NCBI GenBank assembly: GCA_050575255.1
Contig: JBNZDD010013718.1
Coordinates: 2,968,113 to 3,032,112 of the forward strand
Reading direction: 5' to 3'
DNA: 64,000 nt
DNA from: Harriotta raleighana
Lineage: Eukaryota
The notes beneath the pieces are model-generated. The model ran no database searches, was not told the DNA's origin, and saw only the letters and a list, made by a program, of their open reading frames with translations. A program made the position numbers and the translations under genes. Below are positions 61,478 through 64,000 of this stretch, piece after piece (position 1 is the first letter of the stretch; the number at the start of each line of letters is the position of its first letter).

Positions 61478-62134
61478 TGAGAGGCTGAGGTGTTATCCTA
61501 CAGCTTGGTTGCCAACTCCATGATATTAATCTGCCAGGCAAACCCAAGGCTTTTCTACAAGGCACACACATACCAATCTTTGGCCATGTGAGTTATGATG
61601 CCGTTCACTTTGGCAAGGTCGGAGAGGAGAAAGCCCTTGCTCACCAAGGTGGATGCAGTTAATGAAGATCGGAAAATCCCCTCGATCTGTTTCACTAGGG
61701 TAACCTCAATCACGTTGCATTATCATCAGTTCAGCTCAAAAGAATGGTTAGAAGTCAGTCAAAGTTCAGCAGCATTCACCACTCAAATCAGATTACTGTG
61801 ATTGTTTGCCAGCTTTATCTGTCTCCTGGTTAGAGCACTCAGTGCTATTTGACATTACTTGTGCTGCCATGATATTTCTTTACCAATATAAATGATCATC
61901 TTTCCACAGATTCACGATTTCCCTATGAATGGTTCAGCAATGATATAATGTATGTAATATATCTGCTGTTAATGGAAAGCTTGTAAAATAATAGTGAATT
62001 GTTTCTACTTTGGAACATATTTCGATGCATGTAATAAATATTGCAGACAACACTATCAAAATAGCAGCAATTAAATTTTTTTGTTCCCTTTTTTATTATA
62101 ACTATTTAGCTTTCATTTCAATTTGTTTCCTGGA

Positions 62135-62305
62135 CACTACTTTTGCCCATTGTTTATGGAACTTTGTCATGTACAAATTGACTGATGTGTTCACCTACAC
62201 ATACACAGTCCCTACTCTTTGCAGCCAATCCCATGGAGACCTGTGAGACGTTCAGTTGATGTCCTAGGTTGCTATACCAAATACAAAAAATATTATTATT
62301 TTTAT
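62135..62305 (+). mobile_element. SINE 3' half fragment
   Basis: tgtttatggaactttgtc...acaaattgactg...acacagtc...gctataccaaatacaaaaaatattattatt. Confidence 0.65.
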
Positions 62306-62824
62306 TCATTCATGTTTATTTCAATTTGTCCTTCAGCGGAATTGCATTTTCCTGCCAGTGCATAATTCACTTATTCAAGAATTGGTCAACTGGAACAACA
62401 GTGAACTTTTACTTGTCAAAAATCTACATTTAGGTATATTTAAGAACAATTATTAAATTTGATTTAAGCCACTATTGCATGCAGCTTTGTGTGCCCAAGC
62501 AAGGAGCACTCATTATAAATCATAACAGCAGTGTAAATGTGTAAGCACAATGACAGAATTATTATTTTACTAAATGCTTTGGTTGCAGGGACAAATATAT
62601 AACATTTTTAAATAACTGCAATTGATTCATTGAATAATCAAATAATAGTATATATTGATTTCCAACATATATTTCATACTGTATTTTTATATGTGGAATA
62701 TTAATTTTGTTTTATTGTGTTTTAATTATCTTTGAAACCAGTGCTGACTCTAAACAAGCTTCCGAATGATGGTTTCGGAATTATCTATTCTGATCTGGGT
62801 ACAGAAACAAAATTGCTTCCATGC

Positions 62825-63160
62825 TCACAGAGTCTAAGCCATATGCTCCAGTGCAGAGCTGGGGTTCTTTTCCATTATCGGAGCTACTGTCCTTTGGGTG
62901 AGATATTTAACCCATTCGCCTGTACCTTTTAATCCCAGGCCACTGATCAGAAGGAGAAGGGAATTTTTTGGGTGTCCTGAACAACAATCTCTGAAATAAA
63001 ACTGGTCGATCATGGCTGTTTGTGAGACATTGCTGTGGGCAGCCAAATTTAGTTGCAAGTACACAGTCACTGCACTTTACAATATGTTCTTGTAATGTGC
63101 TTTGAGACATCCTCGCAACATGAAATGCCAATGCCAAATGCAAGAATTATTCTTATTTAC
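62825..63160 (+). mobile_element. Deu-domain SINE, 5'-truncated
   Basis: ctccagtgcagagctgggg...ctgtcctttgggtgagatatttaacc...gggtgtcctg...ggctgtttgtgagacattgctgtg...aaatgcaagaattatt. Confidence 0.8.
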
Positions 63161-63247
63161 TTATTAGTGTTGCTTATCAGTTGTACATTTAAGTGCAATT
63201 TCTGAGAGTTTTTTGATGCAGCGAATAGAAATATCCAACCAATTTAT

Positions 63248-63430
63248 TAATAATAATGATAATAATAATATATAGCATTCTTCATGCAGGATAGCATCTC
63301 AGAGTTCCTAAGAATAATTATCCTTTCATTTGATATAACAGCTTTCACAACAGGAGGATTTCTTAAAACACTTCTCAAATTTATACTGTATAGTGGGATG
63401 ATTTTGCAATTCGTAGACAAATATTGAACA
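63248..63430 (-). mobile_element. Two tandem antisense retroposon tails
   Basis: (taa)n tatatagcattc...catctcagag, then ataattatcctttcatttgatataacagc...atactgtatagtg. Confidence 0.65.
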
Positions 63431-64000
63431 CCTAGAGAAACCTGAGGCTTCCACCATTTCTCACTGTTAAGAGCAGCTCAGCAATAAAGCCAAAATAGAC
63501 CAGTCTATTGACTGCCCTTAAATGTGAGTTACCATCACATTATTAGAAAATAAACAATCATGAAAGACTTTAGTTACTTTTGTAGAGAGTAAATTGATTG
63601 AAGTACTTCACATATATTCTATTTAATGTCACATGGGAAGGGGGTGGAAGAACAAGTACAAGTGGCATTCATCTGCTTGAATTACTACAATAATTTACTG
63701 TTAATTAAATATTCAAATAATTTTTGCAGCTCTAGTGGCCAGTAAAAAAGTTAGCACACAGTCAGTGCACAGTGCATAAAATGGTGCTGGGTGTTTCACA
63801 GTGTTGCTAATGTTTTAGAAAAAAATCAGAAAAGCTAATTGCGTATGGAACCAGGGTTAAGAAGTAATGTAACAGTCTATTAACTTTAATATAGATATCT
63901 GAGTTAAGCATATGCAGAAGACCATTAGCATAAATTTCTGTTACAGAAGATCAGTTCTGTGTCAGGCATATAAAAAAAACTGTGCAGCTCTTGGTAATGT

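Noticed and set aside
1-64000. The short ORFs (60-160 aa) in the six-frame track as protein-coding genes
   Set aside because: They are short, overlap on both strands, often start at non-ATG codons, and many lie in repeats or microsatellites. Only L2-derived peptides are recognisable.
1-64000. CRISPR array, operon, prophage or other prokaryotic system
   Set aside because: There are no regularly spaced direct repeats with unique spacers and no gene-dense ORFs. The recurring motifs are dispersed retroposon tails in vertebrate DNA.

Overview
This is AT-rich, CpG-depleted vertebrate genomic DNA, not a prokaryotic window. The repeat content (a tRNA-head SINE with a (TTA)n tail, Deu-domain SINEs, shark-type CR1 3' ends, L2, Penelope-like fragments, LF-SINE-like and AmnSINE2-like relics) points to a cartilaginous fish, most likely a holocephalan (chimaera/elephant shark). 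That assignment is an inference from recalled repeat consensus sequences. I found no host protein-coding exon that I can recognise; the only ORFs with recognisable homology are decayed L2 ORF2 C-termini. The window reads as a large intron or gene desert: retroposon debris alternates with repeat-free blocks rich in homeodomain, Sox, CRE and octamer motifs that look like conserved non-coding elements. Three duplications flanking single N characters are probably assembly artefacts. I found no convincing new biological system. The best leads are two perfect hairpins, the modular SINE with a near-intact tRNA cloverleaf, antisense nesting of SINEs into SINE tails, the enhancer-like blocks and a few possible non-coding exons. 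Boundaries of old repeats are approximate and all family names are by eye.
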